Assembly (NCBI RefSeq): GCF_009914755.1
Contig: NC_060930.1
DNA: 64,000 bases
Reading direction: 5' to 3' (one strand)
Origin: the human T2T-CHM13v2.0 reference genome, Homo sapiens
In this document: positions 14,190 to 29,400 of the stretch, one piece after another
Layout of the letters: each line of letters opens with the position of its first letter
How positions within the stretch are numbered: position 1 is the first letter of the stretch
The notes under the pieces: generated by a model
The model's database searches: none
What the model saw: the letters and a program-made list of their open reading frames with translations, nothing else
What the model was told of the DNA's origin: nothing
Made by a program: the position numbers and the translations under genes

Positions 14190-14739
14190 TCAACTAATTT
14201 CTCATTTTATCTGTTTCAATGTCCAGAAATGAGAAGGGAAATTATAGACTTGTATAATTGGCAGGGAGTGTGGATCCTAATTTTGCAGATAATGAAGGTG
14301 AAGGATGGATAGGTGTCATAATTCTGCTCCTCTAAAAGCTGCAGATGGAAGAGTTTGAGGAACCCAAGCTATGTGGGTCTTTACAGTGGGTTTGCTATGT
14401 GTGGTTCTTTTTAACTCAGGGAACACCTCTTAATAGAATGCATTCAAGAGCATCAGCCCAGACAGTGGGCTGACCCATGCTGCGGTACTAACCTAAGACC
14501 AGAGTCCTCTTCCTGAAAGAGGCTTTCTCACCACTTAATGTGTTTGCTACCTGGCCAGTGCTTATGTTTGGTAAGTTCTGAAGTAGGTCCAAATACTTCC
14601 ATTTAGGAAACAAACCACTGGGTCTCTGAAAAATGGTCTTTGGATATAATCATCTCTGACAGCATGCCTTACTGTACATAGTAGCTCTTCCAGATCTCAT
14701 CTCTGGGACAATGTGGAGCCTGCTGTACTGCTGTAACCC

Positions 14740-15055
14740 TGACATTTCTAATCTCATTGAATGACACAGCCTGATCCCCAAACTGGAAACCAGGGAGCTA
14801 TTCCTGGCTTTTCATTCATCAACACATGTAATTTGATAACAAATTCTGTCGATGCTATTCCTTGAATTTGTCTCCAATCCTCACTTCATCATCACCTCCA
14901 GTGTCTTCACAGATCTTTACCTATTGCAAGAAACTCCTAATTCTTCCCTCTGCCACCAGAAAGCATGCAGCCTTCACAAAATGCCATGGTGTTTCTTTGT
15001 ATCTTAGGTGCCTAACAGTGTCCATAATAAACACTCAATAACCAGTCATTGAATT
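14740..15055 (+). mobile_element. Degraded L2 LINE fragment
   Basis: GAAACCAGGGAGCTATTCCTGG...AAATTCTGTCGATGCTATTCCTTGAA...TTGCAAGAAACTCCTAATT...GTGCCTAACAGTGTCCATAATAAACACTCAATA resembles the L2 3' region. Confidence 0.5.
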
Positions 15056-16599
15056 AAAAAAAATGTTCAGCAGTAATATCTTAAAACAAGTAATATCTTG
15101 AAACAAATATACAGCTGCTTATAAATATACAAGCAGATGTATAAGTCTACAGGCAGCTACTTATTATGACCCCTTTTTGAGATAAGATTTCTTCAAGACA
15201 AATAGCCTCCAAAGTGAAATATTTGTATGATAGTACAAAGATTTATATGGAAAGGTTTCATAAGTATTTAATGTTTTGTTTTACAAAGCAGATCATAGTT
15301 CCTTCCTGGTCTCTCGAGTCACTTAGCAACAAGGGTCATTAATTAGTTTTAAACTGATTTAAAAGCAGGTTCAAATTTGAGGTTAAAAGAAAGGAAGGGA
15401 AGTACATGGTCTCACTTTTCCTGCTTGGCTTGCAATTTTAAATAAGATGAAGTAATTTTACAATCATATTTAGTAGATCAATGAAGTACCTGTTTCAGTG
15501 CCTGGCCGAGAGTTAGATGCATGGGAATAAACAACTGCAAGCATGAAATGAAGTTTCTCTGTAAGAAAACCATCTGGAGCATCTGGCAGAATAGACAATT
15601 CCCTTGGCAGTTCACAGCAAAGCTGATTTCCCCTCCTCTGTTTTTACAGTTTAGACAGAAATACTGATTGACAGCAAAGGCTACTCTTCAAGGTATGGCT
15701 TTTCCCCTTAATGTTTAATTTTCAGATTGTATTATAACTTTGATTTCAGCTTTCCTTTTTTCTGCATGTTGACAACCAAATTGAAACTAAAAGCTCCCTT
15801 ATTTTAAGGTTTTCTTAAATAGAAACCCTAAGGATGTTCTAGTTGATGGAAGTAAATGATCACTCAAATTCCTTTAACCTTCCTGAGCTTGAGTGTTTTG
15901 TAGGCTGGAAAACACTTGCACCTAAAAGACTTTGTGAAACGGTTGGTTCCTCATTTTGTTTATCCTCTTTTAGCTTATGGTGATGAATTCAAATTATAAA
16001 AACTGTAATGAGGTCACAAGATCATTCACACCAAACTCAGGTCAAGAAATGTAGCACCCGTTCTTAATAGCTTATCTGATCTTCATGAGCCCCGCCCTGC
16101 TGATGGTTAGGGACATCTTCCATTTGCCATTGGGAACTACTATCACTTCATGTTTGTATTTCTCCTTTCAGTTTAAACATTCAGACTATTGAAAATTTAA
16201 ATCAGGGCCAGTATAACAGCCTCTTTGGAATGACTATTTCTTTTGGTAAATTACTAGTCATCCAAATTTTACACCCACCTCTTTTTCCTGCCCAAGATGG
16301 CTTCTTGGGGGCATTGAGGAGGTTTCATCTGTGGTAGCAGGGACCAGGTGAAAAGATTTATGTGGTGTCCTCTAGATGCTCTCAAATTGCAGCTGTGGAG
16401 TGGCTGGGTTAGGCTGCTCCTCTGAACTGGTAACTGCCAAGGTTCAAGTGGTCTCATCTGTCTGTTTGAGTTTAAAGCTAGTGGTGCCCATGGTGGAGCC
16501 AATAGCCCAATAGCCTTCGGTCTCAAAGTTGTTACTAATAGCAGCCACATAATTTAGACTCCAAGCTTCTGTAAAGTCACAGGCAATGTGGGAGGCATC

Positions 16600-16800
16600 T
16601 GTATGATGGAGAGAGATTTGGCCCTGTAATTTGAATTTTATCTTTGAGATTTGGCCATGTGACTTTGGGAAAGGTAAGTGACACTCTATGAACTTCGGTT
16701 TCTTTGTAAAGTGGAAGTAATAATACCTGGCAGAGGCCTGAAGGTTATAAAATCGGAATGTTTATTCCTGACACAGACTGGATAATACATGACTATTATT
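16600..16800 (+). mobile_element. MIR fragment
   Basis: ATGTGACTTTGGGAAAG...ACTCTATGAACTTCGGTTTCTTTGTAAAGTGGAAGTAATAATACCT resembles the MIR core. Confidence 0.6.
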
Positions 16801-17707
16801 GTTGTTAATATTTCTTGAATATTTGTGGTTTCTGAGTGTTCTTTTAAGGCCCAAAATCAAAAAGAGAAGAGTAAGGAGGGAAAAAAGAAAGGAAAGAAAG
16901 GACACAGAGCCAGATCTCTATTTAATATTTTAGATTGCTCTTTGACTTTTGTTTAGAGTTTTTTCCTGATTAAATAACACTGAATCCTTCTTTATCTAAT
17001 TTGATTCATATGAGAAAAGACTGAGACCACAAATATAGAAGAAACATTATATAAGTAATGTTATTATTATATTTATAATATAATTATTCTAGGAATCTTG
17101 GGTAATCTACTTTTAAAATGAAGAACAATCTATAAAATACCTATCTTGGGATTTGGTGAGATAAATGATATTACATTTAATGGTTCAGAAAGTTAGTTTC
17201 CTCTTTAACATCAATATTTCTGTGTGGAAAGAAAAACATCAGTTAGGTAGTTAGATTTCCCAAAAGTGTTTTCAAGAGAATTTTGTACATCTAGGAAAAA
17301 CCTTGCTGATAAAACATTTTTCTCTACTCTTAGTTTTTAGGCCTCCTACAAGCACTCTGTAATTGCACAAATGCAATTGCTGATTCAAACTAAAGCATGA
17401 GAATTATGCTAAAAAAAAATCCAGCCCTAGAAAAAACATTTTTATAGTGCCCATTAATGTGATAAATCTGATAATTTTAAAATAGTAACCATATGTAGAC
17501 TTGCAGACTGGGTAATCCATAAAAGAGCTGCTTTCAACTTTAAAGACCTAATTATCTTGGTAAGTAGCTTCATAGTTGACACCAGGGAGACTTGTTCATT
17601 TATAGTCTTTGTATGTGTATGTATTGACATGCTGGCAAGCTGGGGTTCAGTGAGGCTTCATCTAGAGAGACTTTTTTCTAGTATGGCAGGAAATTATCTT
17701 CTAATTG

Positions 17708-17710
<3 letters not shown>

Positions 17711-17738
<28 letters not shown>

Positions 17739-17755
17739 CCAATATATATATATAT
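17711..17755. repeat. Interrupted (AT)n microsatellite: (AT)14-CCA-(AT)7
   Basis: Read directly. Flanked by a 10-bp inverted repeat. Confidence 0.95.
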
Positions 17756-17925
17756 CCAATTAGATATGTATCATTCCAATTGAGAAGTACCCCTCCTCCA
17801 TTACAACCCTTCCTCCATTACCACCAATTTGAAGAAATTGTTATTCTGGTAATTAAACTAATAAAACTGACAAATAATGAGAGAGATTACTTTCCTCAAT
17901 AGTTAACTCCTAAGACAGGCTGTCT

Positions 17926-20090
17926 GAAATACTTCAGGATAAGTTTAACAAAATACGTACAAGATCCATACATTGAAAACTACAAAAGATTGTTAAGAGA
18001 AAATTTAAAAGTCAAATAAAAAGGAAAAATATCATATTCTTGAACTAGGAAACTCATATTGTTAAGAAATCAATTTTCCCCAAATTGATCTTTAGATTCA
18101 ATGCAAGTCTTCCCAGAGGACTTCTTTGTAGAAACACGCAAGCTGATTCTAATAGATATGTGGAAATAAAAAGGACCTACAATTGTCAAAATAGTCCTTT
18201 AAAAGAAAAATAAATTTGGAGAAATTCCATTTTCTGATTTCAAGCTTTACTTCAAAGCTACATAATCAAGAGTGTGGTCTTGGTGTAAAGATAGATCAGT
18301 GGAATAGAGTAAATAAAGAGTTCAGAAATAGATCAACATTGGACAAAGGTGCCAAGGTAATTCAATAAGGAAAGGGTAGTATTTTCAACAGATAGTGTTG
18401 GAATACCTGGATATTCAAACGGGAAAGAAATGAGCGTCAATCCTACTCACACTGTACACAAAAGTAAACTTAAAGTAGATAATAGACCTAAAGTAAAAGC
18501 GGAACATATAAAGCTTCCAGGAGAAAACATATTTTTTTCAAGATTTTGTAAATAGAACAGAACTATAACCATAAAAATTGATGAATTAGACTTTATTAAA
18601 ATTAAAAACTTAATTTTTAATTAAATTACAACCCCACTCATTACAACTACTGCTCTTCCAGACACATCACTAAGAAAATGAAAAAGCAAAAGACTGGAAA
18701 GAAAGTATCTGCCATATATATACACACACACACGCACACACACACACACACATACACACATATATATATACACACACATATATACACACACACATATACA
18801 TATATACACACATATATGTATATATACATATATACACACATATATGTATATATACATATATACACACATATATGTATATATACATATATACACACATATA
18901 TGTATATATACATATATACACACATATATGTATATATACATATATACACACATATATGTATATATACATATATACACACATATATGTATATATACATATA
19001 TATACACATATGTATATATACATATATACACACATATATGTATATATACATATATACACACATATGTATATATACATATACATACACACATATATGTATA
19101 TATACATATACATATATATATAGATGTGTGTATAGACTTACATCCAACATACTAACATATGTAAAGAACTCTCACAACTCAAAAATAAGACAAATGACAA
19201 GTTTAAAAAGGGAGTGAAGGATTGGAACATACCCTTCACAAAAATACATATGCAGTGGCCAAGAAGGACATGAACATATGATTAATCATCAGGGAAGTGC
19301 AAATTTCCCTGATATTACTACAAACCTGTCAGAATGGCTAAAATTTAAAAGACTAACAAAAACAAGTGTTGGAAGGGATGTGGAGCAACTGGAACTCTCA
19401 TATACTGCTCCTGGGAACGTAAAATACTATAAATACTTTGGAAAACAGTTTGTCAGTTTCTTATAAAAGAAAACATATACTTCCATATGACTCAGATTTA
19501 GATGATATGGAAGTATACGAAAACCTATGACCAAGAGGAATGAACCCTATGTCCACAACAAGACAGGTACACTAATGTTCACAGCAGCTTTATTCATAAT
19601 AGCTCCCAACTGAAAACACCCCTAATAACATTTACAGATGAATGGATAAACAAGTTGCGGAATATTCACGCAACTTACCAGTAAAAAAGAATAAACTACT
19701 TTTACATATAATAGCATTGGTGAAGCTCAAAAACCTTATAAGCAAAAAGAGCCAGACACAAAAGAATACCTATTGTATGACTGCATTTACATGAAGTTTA
19801 TAGAACAAACAAAACTAATCTATAGTGACAGATGTCAGGTCAGCATTTGCCTGAGAAGGGGCTGGAGTTTGATTGCAGAGTTATGAGAGAATGTGGTGGG
19901 GCCTGGGGAAAGGAGGGGGAAGGCCGACAGAAGCATTCTATAGCTTAATTATGGGGATGATTATATGGGTGTATGGGGATGATTACATGGGTGTATATGT
20001 CATCAAAGCTCATTGAACTATACACTTAAAATAGGTACATTTTATTGTATGCAAAATATAGTTCTATGAAATGAAAAAAAAAGAAAAAAA
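17926..20090 (+). mobile_element. Old L1M element (L1MD/L1ME-type 3' end), ORF2 3' part plus 3' UTR, interrupted by a minisatellite
   Basis: Decayed ORF2 (GAAAACTACAAAAG...CCCCAAATTGATCTTTAGATTCAATGCAA...), 3' UTR motifs (AAAACTAATCTATAGTGACAGA; CTCATTGAACTATACACTTAAAATAGGTACATTTTATTGTATG) and an A tail. Degenerate TSD AAGACAGGCTGTCT (17912-17925) / AAAACAGACTGTCT (20088-20101). Confidence 0.85.
18713..19122. repeat. 410-bp alternating pyrimidine-purine tract: (TA)/(CA) microsatellite plus ~11 copies of a ~28-bp minisatellite unit
   Basis: The single G of each unit falls at 18818, 18846, 18874, 18902, 18930, 18958, 18986, 19012, 19040, 19066, 19096. Unit TATATACACACATATATGTATATATACA. Confidence 0.97.
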
Positions 20091-20284
20091 ACAGACTGTC
20101 TTCCTAGTTAAAATTTTTCAAAGTAGCACCTAGAAGGTCCATCTAACTTGGCATAAGTGTGAAAAGCCTAGAGAGGTTAGTAATTTCTTCCTTATGACTC
20201 TATCTTCTTAATAAGAGGAACCTGCTCCTACATCCTTCCCAGAGTTTCATTTTCACAGCCTTTCATAGCTTACAAAATAGTTAA

Positions 20285-22120
<1,836 letters not shown>

Positions 22121-22429
22121 TCCTCATAAACATTAAATTAAGAATGAAATGCCTTTCTAGTCTGTTATTTTTCTGTCATATCAATTGCAAGTATTTTATC
22201 TGTTATCTTAAGTGTTGTATTTTCTGCTTCATCATTTTTTTGATTGTAGCATCCTAAAATAAGCAATTGGATCATGTTCAACACAGGGAAAATAGTTCCT
22301 TGAATATCTTCATTACTGATAATCTCTTCCACATCTGTCTTCTTATCATAGCTTTCTAATGAGATTTTAAGTAGTCTCCCTACCCCCAATTCCTTTACCA
22401 TGTGAATATCACCACATAAATAATTCTAC

Positions 22430-22860
22430 TAAAGCTATTCCTTAATCAAATCATCCCCCTTCTCAGAAACCTTCAGTCACTTGGCTTACTAAAAAACAAA
22501 ATTCATTAGTTTTCCAGGACTGGTTCCATTCTATCTTTCCTGATTTCCCATTGTTCCCCTGTGAATGATACAAGTTCTAGCTGAAATTGGCCACCAGTCA
22601 TTCCTCTCCTACCTCCACCTTTTCCTTCCTCTTTGCATTCCAGGTCTCACCCACCTTCCATAACAGTTTGCATGACTCTCCTCAACCATCACTCACAACA
22701 GGTGTGATACCAGCCACCCATCAAAGCATTTTCTCTTTCTCTTGCAGTTACTCTTGCATTAGATTATAAACTCTTAAAGGGCTGGGCTTAGTTTCTGTCA
22801 TCTTTGTTTCTCCCACAGAGAGGCCTCAACACAATTTGAGTGAATTCATGGAATGAATCA
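22430..22860 (+). mobile_element. L2 LINE 3' fragment
   Basis: AAATCATCCCCCTTCTCAGAAACCTTCAGT...TAGATTATAAACTCTTAAAGGGCTGGGC...TCATCTTTGTTTCTCCCACAG...GGAATGAAT (L2 3' end with TGAA repeats). Confidence 0.6.
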
Positions 22861-23704
22861 TGCAAGTCCATGTGGTTGAGAAGCAGAAGAGTGAGGACCA
22901 GAATCTCTAACTCTTCATTCCTCATTCTATTACTTTTTACACCACGGCCGTTGCAAAAATCTCCCATAGGACTTTGAATTGCCTTTGGAGAAGGATGGGG
23001 AGAACATGTTGCTCCAGACATTTAAAACTGAATCAAAGAAGGCAGTAAAACTTGCTGCAGGGAATCGTCCTGGCAGAAAGATCAGCTTAGATGCCTTTTT
23101 GCTTCTAATCTCTTATGGTGGTAGAGCAAATGGACTATGAAGTCTCCTATGGAAATTGATACTGTTCATTGGATCTTTTTACGTACGCTTTTTTTTCTTT
23201 TTAAATGGAGCCTGATTGGAGACTTACAGTTTATTTTGTGTGTGGTCAATTATTTCTAAATGGGTTCAAACTTTGTGTGTGTGTTTGAAGAATATTTTTA
23301 CAAAACAGAATTTTGGACAGCACTTTTTTGAAGGCATTAGTTTCCAAATACATTTAGCATGGCACACTCACCAGGCCACCCTTTGACACCATGATGTTGT
23401 TTGAGAAGAGTGGATACCATTTTAAACCAGCTTGCTTATGACATTGCACGTTCCAATAAAACACAATCTGTCTTTGGGTTGGCTTGGCACTTTCCATAGC
23501 TCTTATACTCGCCTCCTTCTTGTGTCAAATCATACTTCAGTGTTATCTCTGATAGACAATACTAGAAAGCATATTGTCTTGGTTGCAGCAAAAGTACGTT
23601 TCTGGTGTGGACAAAAATATGGCCACTTGCCTATGACATGACACTCAGGTGGATATATGCTACTTTTAATGATGTCAGTTGAAGCAGATGGACAAAGCAC
23701 ACCA

Positions 23705-24345
23705 TGTGGTGGAGGCTACTGACTGCCCTCCTTTTGTTTCATTGTAAAGATGTAGCTGGACCATGGTTGTTCAGCCAGAGACTCATTTCCCAGCCTTCTT
23801 ACAACTACATGAAGACTTGTGACTATGCCGTTGTGGTAGAGTGTGAGGGATGTGATATGTGCTGCTTCTGAGCTTGGGCCTTGCAATGCTGGCTGGGTGC
23901 TCTTTTCACAAGCTGGAACTTAAATCTGCCTCCAACCCTGCTCAGCATGGTCATATTTTAGAGCATGGGTGGCCAAACTTTTTCTTCATGTAAAGGGCCA
24001 AATAGTAAATATTTTCAGTTTTGTAACCATTCAGTCTCTACCCTGTGGTGTGTAAGCAGCCAAAGATGATATGTAAACAAATGGGCATGGCTGTATTCCA
24101 ATAAAATGTTATGTGCAAATCCAAGTGGCAGGCTGGATTTGGTCCATGGCCTGTAGTGTTCTAATCCCTGCCTTGTGGTGAATAAACTGTGGAAAGAAAC
24201 TGGGTGCCTACATGGCTGCAAGGAACAGAGCTGCCCCAGACCAGACCACTCTCCTATGGATAGGTTATGAGAGAGAGGGGAGCTTTCTTCTCTTTAAGCC
24301 ACAGCACTTTTGGGCCTCTTTGTGCAGCAGTTGGGCTTTTCCCCT
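23705..24345 (+). mobile_element. MaLR solo LTR (MLT1H/I/J-like), split by MER58A
   Basis: GACTCATTTCCCAGCCTTC...TGTGACT...GTGATATGTGCTGCTTC before the MER58A and GAGAGAGAGGGGAGCTTTCTTCTCTTTAAGCCACAG...TTTGTGCAGCAG after it. Confidence 0.65.
23964..24170 (-). mobile_element. MER58A (hAT-Charlie MITE)
   Basis: GGCCAAACTTTTTC...GTAAAGGGCCAAATAGTAAATATTTT...TGGGCATGGCTGTATTCCAATAAAA...GGCTGGATTTGGTCCATGGCCTGTAGT...CCCTG is the reverse complement of the MER58A consensus. Confidence 0.85.
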
Positions 24346-27300
24346 ATTCAGCACACACGAGCAGGCACTGTTGGCCTTTTTTAGATTCAGCTTCACATTT
24401 GAGAGCAGGAAGCTTTAGTCTGGAGCTCCAGCCATTTGAGATTGACTCTTCACTGAGTCTTATGTTTCCCCAGAAGGCTTTAAGTTATTCCATCCATTTT
24501 ATTTAAGGAAGGTAGATTAGTTTTGTCAGTAGTCATCTGTCTATTTGGATTATCGTCTTACCCTTTCTTGAAACTGATGGAGGTATTCCCAGGGTCTATT
24601 TGATGACCCCTGAGCTGCCTGAGGAACATAGTATGCAGATATAATATATGAAGGAAGTAAAATTTTTCTTCGGGGATTTTTTTATTCCTCCTTCATCCAA
24701 AGTCCTTTTATCCCTCCTCAGATATCTCTACTATGGCTTAGTCTTAGAGTATTGGTTTTTCTTAGCTATAAATTATAGCTCATAAAACTTAATATGTCAT
24801 TTTTGTTTTGTTTTGCTTTTTCTAATCATAAATTATATGACCTTTACAGAAAATTTAGAAAATACAGAAAAACTGAAAAGTTACACATGGTACAACTCAC
24901 AACCACAATCATAGGTAATAATTTTGGTGTATTTTCTATACAGTTTTGGCGCGTACTGGGACATAGTTTAAAAAAACTCTTCAAAATTCAAAGGGATAAG
25001 ATTCCATAATTAAAGCTAATGAAATTGGTGAATGATTATTCAGTTATTTCTGCCTGAAGGTTAGAGAGGGTTTGATGTAAGAGATAATATTCCACTTTGA
25101 TCTTAGAGTATAAGAAGCACTTTGAAGCAGAGAGAATAAAGAAAAATCATCCCATGGTAAAAGAAAAACATGGAGGCATTAAAGTGTACTTTATATGGAG
25201 AATTTAATACTTGACTATGGTCTTGAGGAATTTTATTAAAACTTGGTGCTCCAGTTTTCTTGTTTAAGCATTGGGAATGGTCATATTTGTCTTTTACCAT
25301 TCTAGAAAATAGACTATGTGAAGATAAGCCATGTTCAAATATGAACTCTTGAGAGAAAAGGAACCTAAATATCTCTGGCATAATTGAATATCAGATTTTT
25401 TTCATTCTTACTATTATAATTTTATTCACTATAATAAGATAAAATAATTCTTCTTCCAGTCCTTTTTGTGAAAAGTTTACAAGAAAAAAGGTATCACATA
25501 TTTTAAGTAAATATTTGTTTTATTATCTGGACTTTTATTCACAAGGAAAAGCTATTCAAAAATCATCCTTATTTTAGGTTAAATGAGAATGATATTCATT
25601 CAATTTTTATTAAGTATTTTTGGATGTTTCTGACTGTGATATTTGTTCCTCTCAATGACTTATAACATTAATTTTCAATTTCAATCATTAATTTGGCTGT
25701 CACAAAAGTAAGCTATATAATGTTCAAGTACTAGTCTTGTAAGTGTCATTAAAACTAATCACTACAGTGTATTCAATATTCAAAAAATAAACATTTCAGT
25801 TGTAGACACTTGCAAATAGTTCAGAGCAACTGTAAATATGAGAGCAGTAACATTTCAGATATTTCTGCTTTTCAGGTTAAAAAAAAATAAAACAATCTAA
25901 AAAGCGGTGCCACAAGGAGAAAATATTGAAAAGTAACCTGTTTTAGTACCCAAGTGAATACTTGGAAATGTCAGACCCTTGCCCATTATAATCTTGAATT
26001 CCTCGTGTTTTATATGATGAACACTATAACCTCTTGTTAGGAACCATGTCAATAAAATTGTACAGGATTACATTCGAAGTTAAGATTGTATTCTAATGTT
26101 TACATGGACTAAATAAAAAATTATGTATGTAGACCTAAACAGAAGTAATTTTGTTGTCATTTGCATATTACATTTTATAGTTTTACTAAACCAAAAATGG
26201 TTTTTTTTTTTAAAAGGAACTGTAATTCGGGTATGATAGCTGTAGCAAATCAACTCAAGTGTACAAGAAACATCCCAGTTCTTATTGCCTTTAAATCAAA
26301 TTAAACAGACCCTTACTCCCCCTCACCAGGCTGCCAGGAAACCAAATTTCAATTACTTTTGGGATCCCTGACTCTCCAGAATTGTATCAATATTCAAGAA
26401 GTCAAATGGTATGGGATCAAGACCAAGGTCTCTAGTTGCTAGATCATTGTGGCCCCAGCTGACATATCACAGTCAAACTTCAACATCCGTGGGTCCTTAC
26501 AGTGTTGTGGCTCTCTGCGCCATAGTAAGGGGGGTATTGGACTTATGCTAAGGCTGAGGTTGCCAACACTTGGGGTCTCTCCTCCCTAGGTGCACTACAG
26601 AGGCTTCCCTCTGATGTCTGGCTATATTTCTGTAGAGACACAGTGGTGCATTTTGTGCCCTGCCCACAGGGCTAGATTGAGGGGATGAGGGGGCCTAGAG
26701 GCAGTCAGGCCCTGTGCCTTGGCATGGGCTGATTCATTTTCCTCTGGACAAAGGTACCATCTGTTGCTCATCAAGCTGTATGCCTGTTGGGCTGCATCTG
26801 CCTAGAGGGGGCACCTTTTCAGTTGGCGCAGAGTCTTCCTATGTAGACTAATGTAGACTAGACATGGCCAGCACCGCCTTCCAGCACTGCCACTGAGCAC
26901 AGCCCAAGTTCCTGCTACTTTCATAGTCCTCAGATCTCGTGTTTCCTCCCACAGCATGAGAAAGAAATCGCTTCTCTCAGCATTTCTGCTTCTCAAAGAC
27001 ACTGCTCTCCAGTCCTCTTCCAGGACTCCCAGCAAAATCCCATTTGAGGATTTAGTATCTCACAAAAGAGTGAAAAAGTCCTTCAGGTTCAGGCTGTTTT
27101 GTTCTCTGCCTGGCCAAGATACCCATGGGAAGAAATTACCAAGGGAGATAGGGGAAGCTAAGAGTGCAGCACACACTGGTTATTTCAAAAACCCCTGCTG
27201 CACAAGTACTAATGGGAGGAAGTATTCAGTTATAATGCTTACGATCTGCCTTTCCTTTTCTCTCTAGGGAGAAAGAGCTATTTTTTGGCCAGACCATCCC

Positions 27301-27794
27301 CTTAGTCTTGAGGAATGCTGTCCAGGATGAGGAATGATAGGGAGAGAGCCTGGGAGTCAACAGTTGGACATAAAGGATCAAAGAAAGGAATGGGCATAAA
27401 AGGAGAGGAGCCCAAGCATGGAAAAGAGGAGAACAGAGAAGGGAGTCCTGAGGAGGAAGGAGGCATCTGACACAACAGTGGTAAAAGCATCCTTAGGAAA
27501 CCCTGCTGTGTATTGTGTCCTATAGCTCTCCCACCACCTCTTCCTCAAGAGTCTTTGAGTGAAGCCCTCTGTGGCTTCCCCAGGCTTTTTTCTTTTTTCT
27601 TTTTGCATGGGTAAGATTTGTGTATTTCAGGTTGTGAAACTGCGCTGAGATTGTGCTCCAGGTGGCCCAGCGTAGTCCGAGTGCATCGTCCTTCTGCATC
27701 ACCACCAGGGAGTGTGATAGAATTTGCAGACTTTGTGCCACAGAGAAAAAATAGGTTTAAGAACTTTGACTTAGGAGTAAGTCAAAGATGCCCT

Positions 27795-28475
27795 GACACA
27801 TACTAGTTAGAATGGCAAACAATTTTTTAATAATGAAAAATGCCAAGTTTTGTTTAGAATGTGGAAGAACTGGGATGCTCATTCACCGATAGTGGGATGT
27901 AAATTGTTACAGGCATAACGACTTTGGAAAACAATTTGTCAGTATCTATTAAAGCAGAACATACATATACCCTGTGGCCTGGCAATTAGCTTCTGGGTGG
28001 ATGCTCAATTGGAGTGTGTACATATGTGCACCAAAAGACAAACTATTCATAATATCTTCAAACTGCCCATCAATAGCAGAAGTCATAAATATGGTGTATT
28101 CAAGGATGGAATTCTATATAGTAATGATCATGAGCCATCTACAACTATACGTGACAATGAGGCCAATTCTCACAAACAGAATGCTGAGTGAAAGAAGTAA
28201 GATAAAGAGTTTCTGCTCTAGGATTCTATATACATATGGAGTACAAATACAGGGAACACATATCAGTGAGGTTAGAGGTCGGGATGATAGTTACCCTTGG
28301 GGAGGGGTTGGTGACAGGAAGGGAGTACAAAGGGGATTTCTGCAATGTTGATAATGTTTTGTCTTCTTATCTGGATAATGGTTACATGGTTGTGTTCAGT
28401 TTATGAAAATATAGCAAATTGTTTAGTTATTATGTGTGCACTTCTTGGTATGTATATCACATTTCAATAAAAAGT
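27795..28475 (+). mobile_element. Old L1ME-type 3' end
   Basis: TTAGAATGGC...ACTTTGGAAAACAATTTG...ATGCTGAGTGAAAGAAG...GTTACCCTTGGGGAGGGG...TGTGCACTTC...TTTCAATAAAAAG. Confidence 0.75.
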
Positions 28476-29019
28476 AAAACCTAAAAAATGAGTTAAAATT
28501 TTTGCCACACTTTACATACTAGCTTTTTTTTCAGAAGGTCATAATTCTCTCATAAAAATACTGAGCAAGACTATAATTGAATACTGAATCACTGCATACT
28601 CATCAAATCCTGATACAAAACAAACAAACAAACAAAAATATCATTAGTTGAGGAACTTGGGAAATGAAATTAGTTTTCCTTAAAGATATTAACATCAGAG
28701 ATTAACATTTGTATTCTCCCACAGCAGTGCAAATATTAAAAGCAATGTTTCCGTGAGATTGTGTTATAAACGACAAGTATATCCTGGCATACAGTGGCAC
28801 ATAAGTGGAGCTATCTTTAATTCTAAAAGCTATAACTTTGTGGTTCAAAGAGGGAGGCACACATTTATCAAGGCAATATGTCTGGCAGAGTCTGATTGCT
28901 GTTTCCCACCTGCACCAGAAGGCTTGGACTGGATGCTGTTCTTCTGTGTCTTGGGGCCTCAGGGGTGGTTTGTTGAAATGACTTGGCTTTTAAGGAAAGC
29001 AGATGAGCAGCTAACGTTG

Positions 29020-29400
29020 GCTAACATTTATTGAATATTTGCTTTGTGCCAAGCACTGTACTAAGCAGAGCTGCTTTGAGGGAGAGGAGAAGCCGGTTCA
29101 AATTACTAGAATCTAGTGGTCTGGAGGGAGGCCTTGGATATGTCGATATTGAATATCAATGCAAATCCTCAAGATATATATATTTTTTAGTTGGATGACC
29201 CTGTTGATGGGGATTTTGAATTACTTTTCTTTGGTTTCCAATCTTTGAAGTAGGAAGTGTTGTATTTTAAAGAGCATAAAACAAATTCACAAAAGGTTAA
29301 GTGATTTGCTCAATGTCACATAGCTAATAAGAGACCTAGACAGGATGTGAACCCAGCTAGACTGACTCCAGAGGCTAAGACATTAGCAACTAAACTATGC
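29020..29400 (-). mobile_element. MIR (two segments with intervening sequence)
   Basis: CTAACATTTATTGAATATTTGCTTTGTGCCAAGCACTGTACTAAGC and AGGTTAAGTGATTTGCTCAATGTCACATAGCTAATAAG...CTGACTCCAGAG. Confidence 0.65.

Noticed and set aside
18621-19217. Six overlapping 83-179 aa ORFs, and the 28-bp periodicity as a CRISPR-like array
   Set aside because: Strict YR alternation cannot contain TAA, TAG or TGA, so all frames are open trivially. The units have no unique spacers and the DNA is human.
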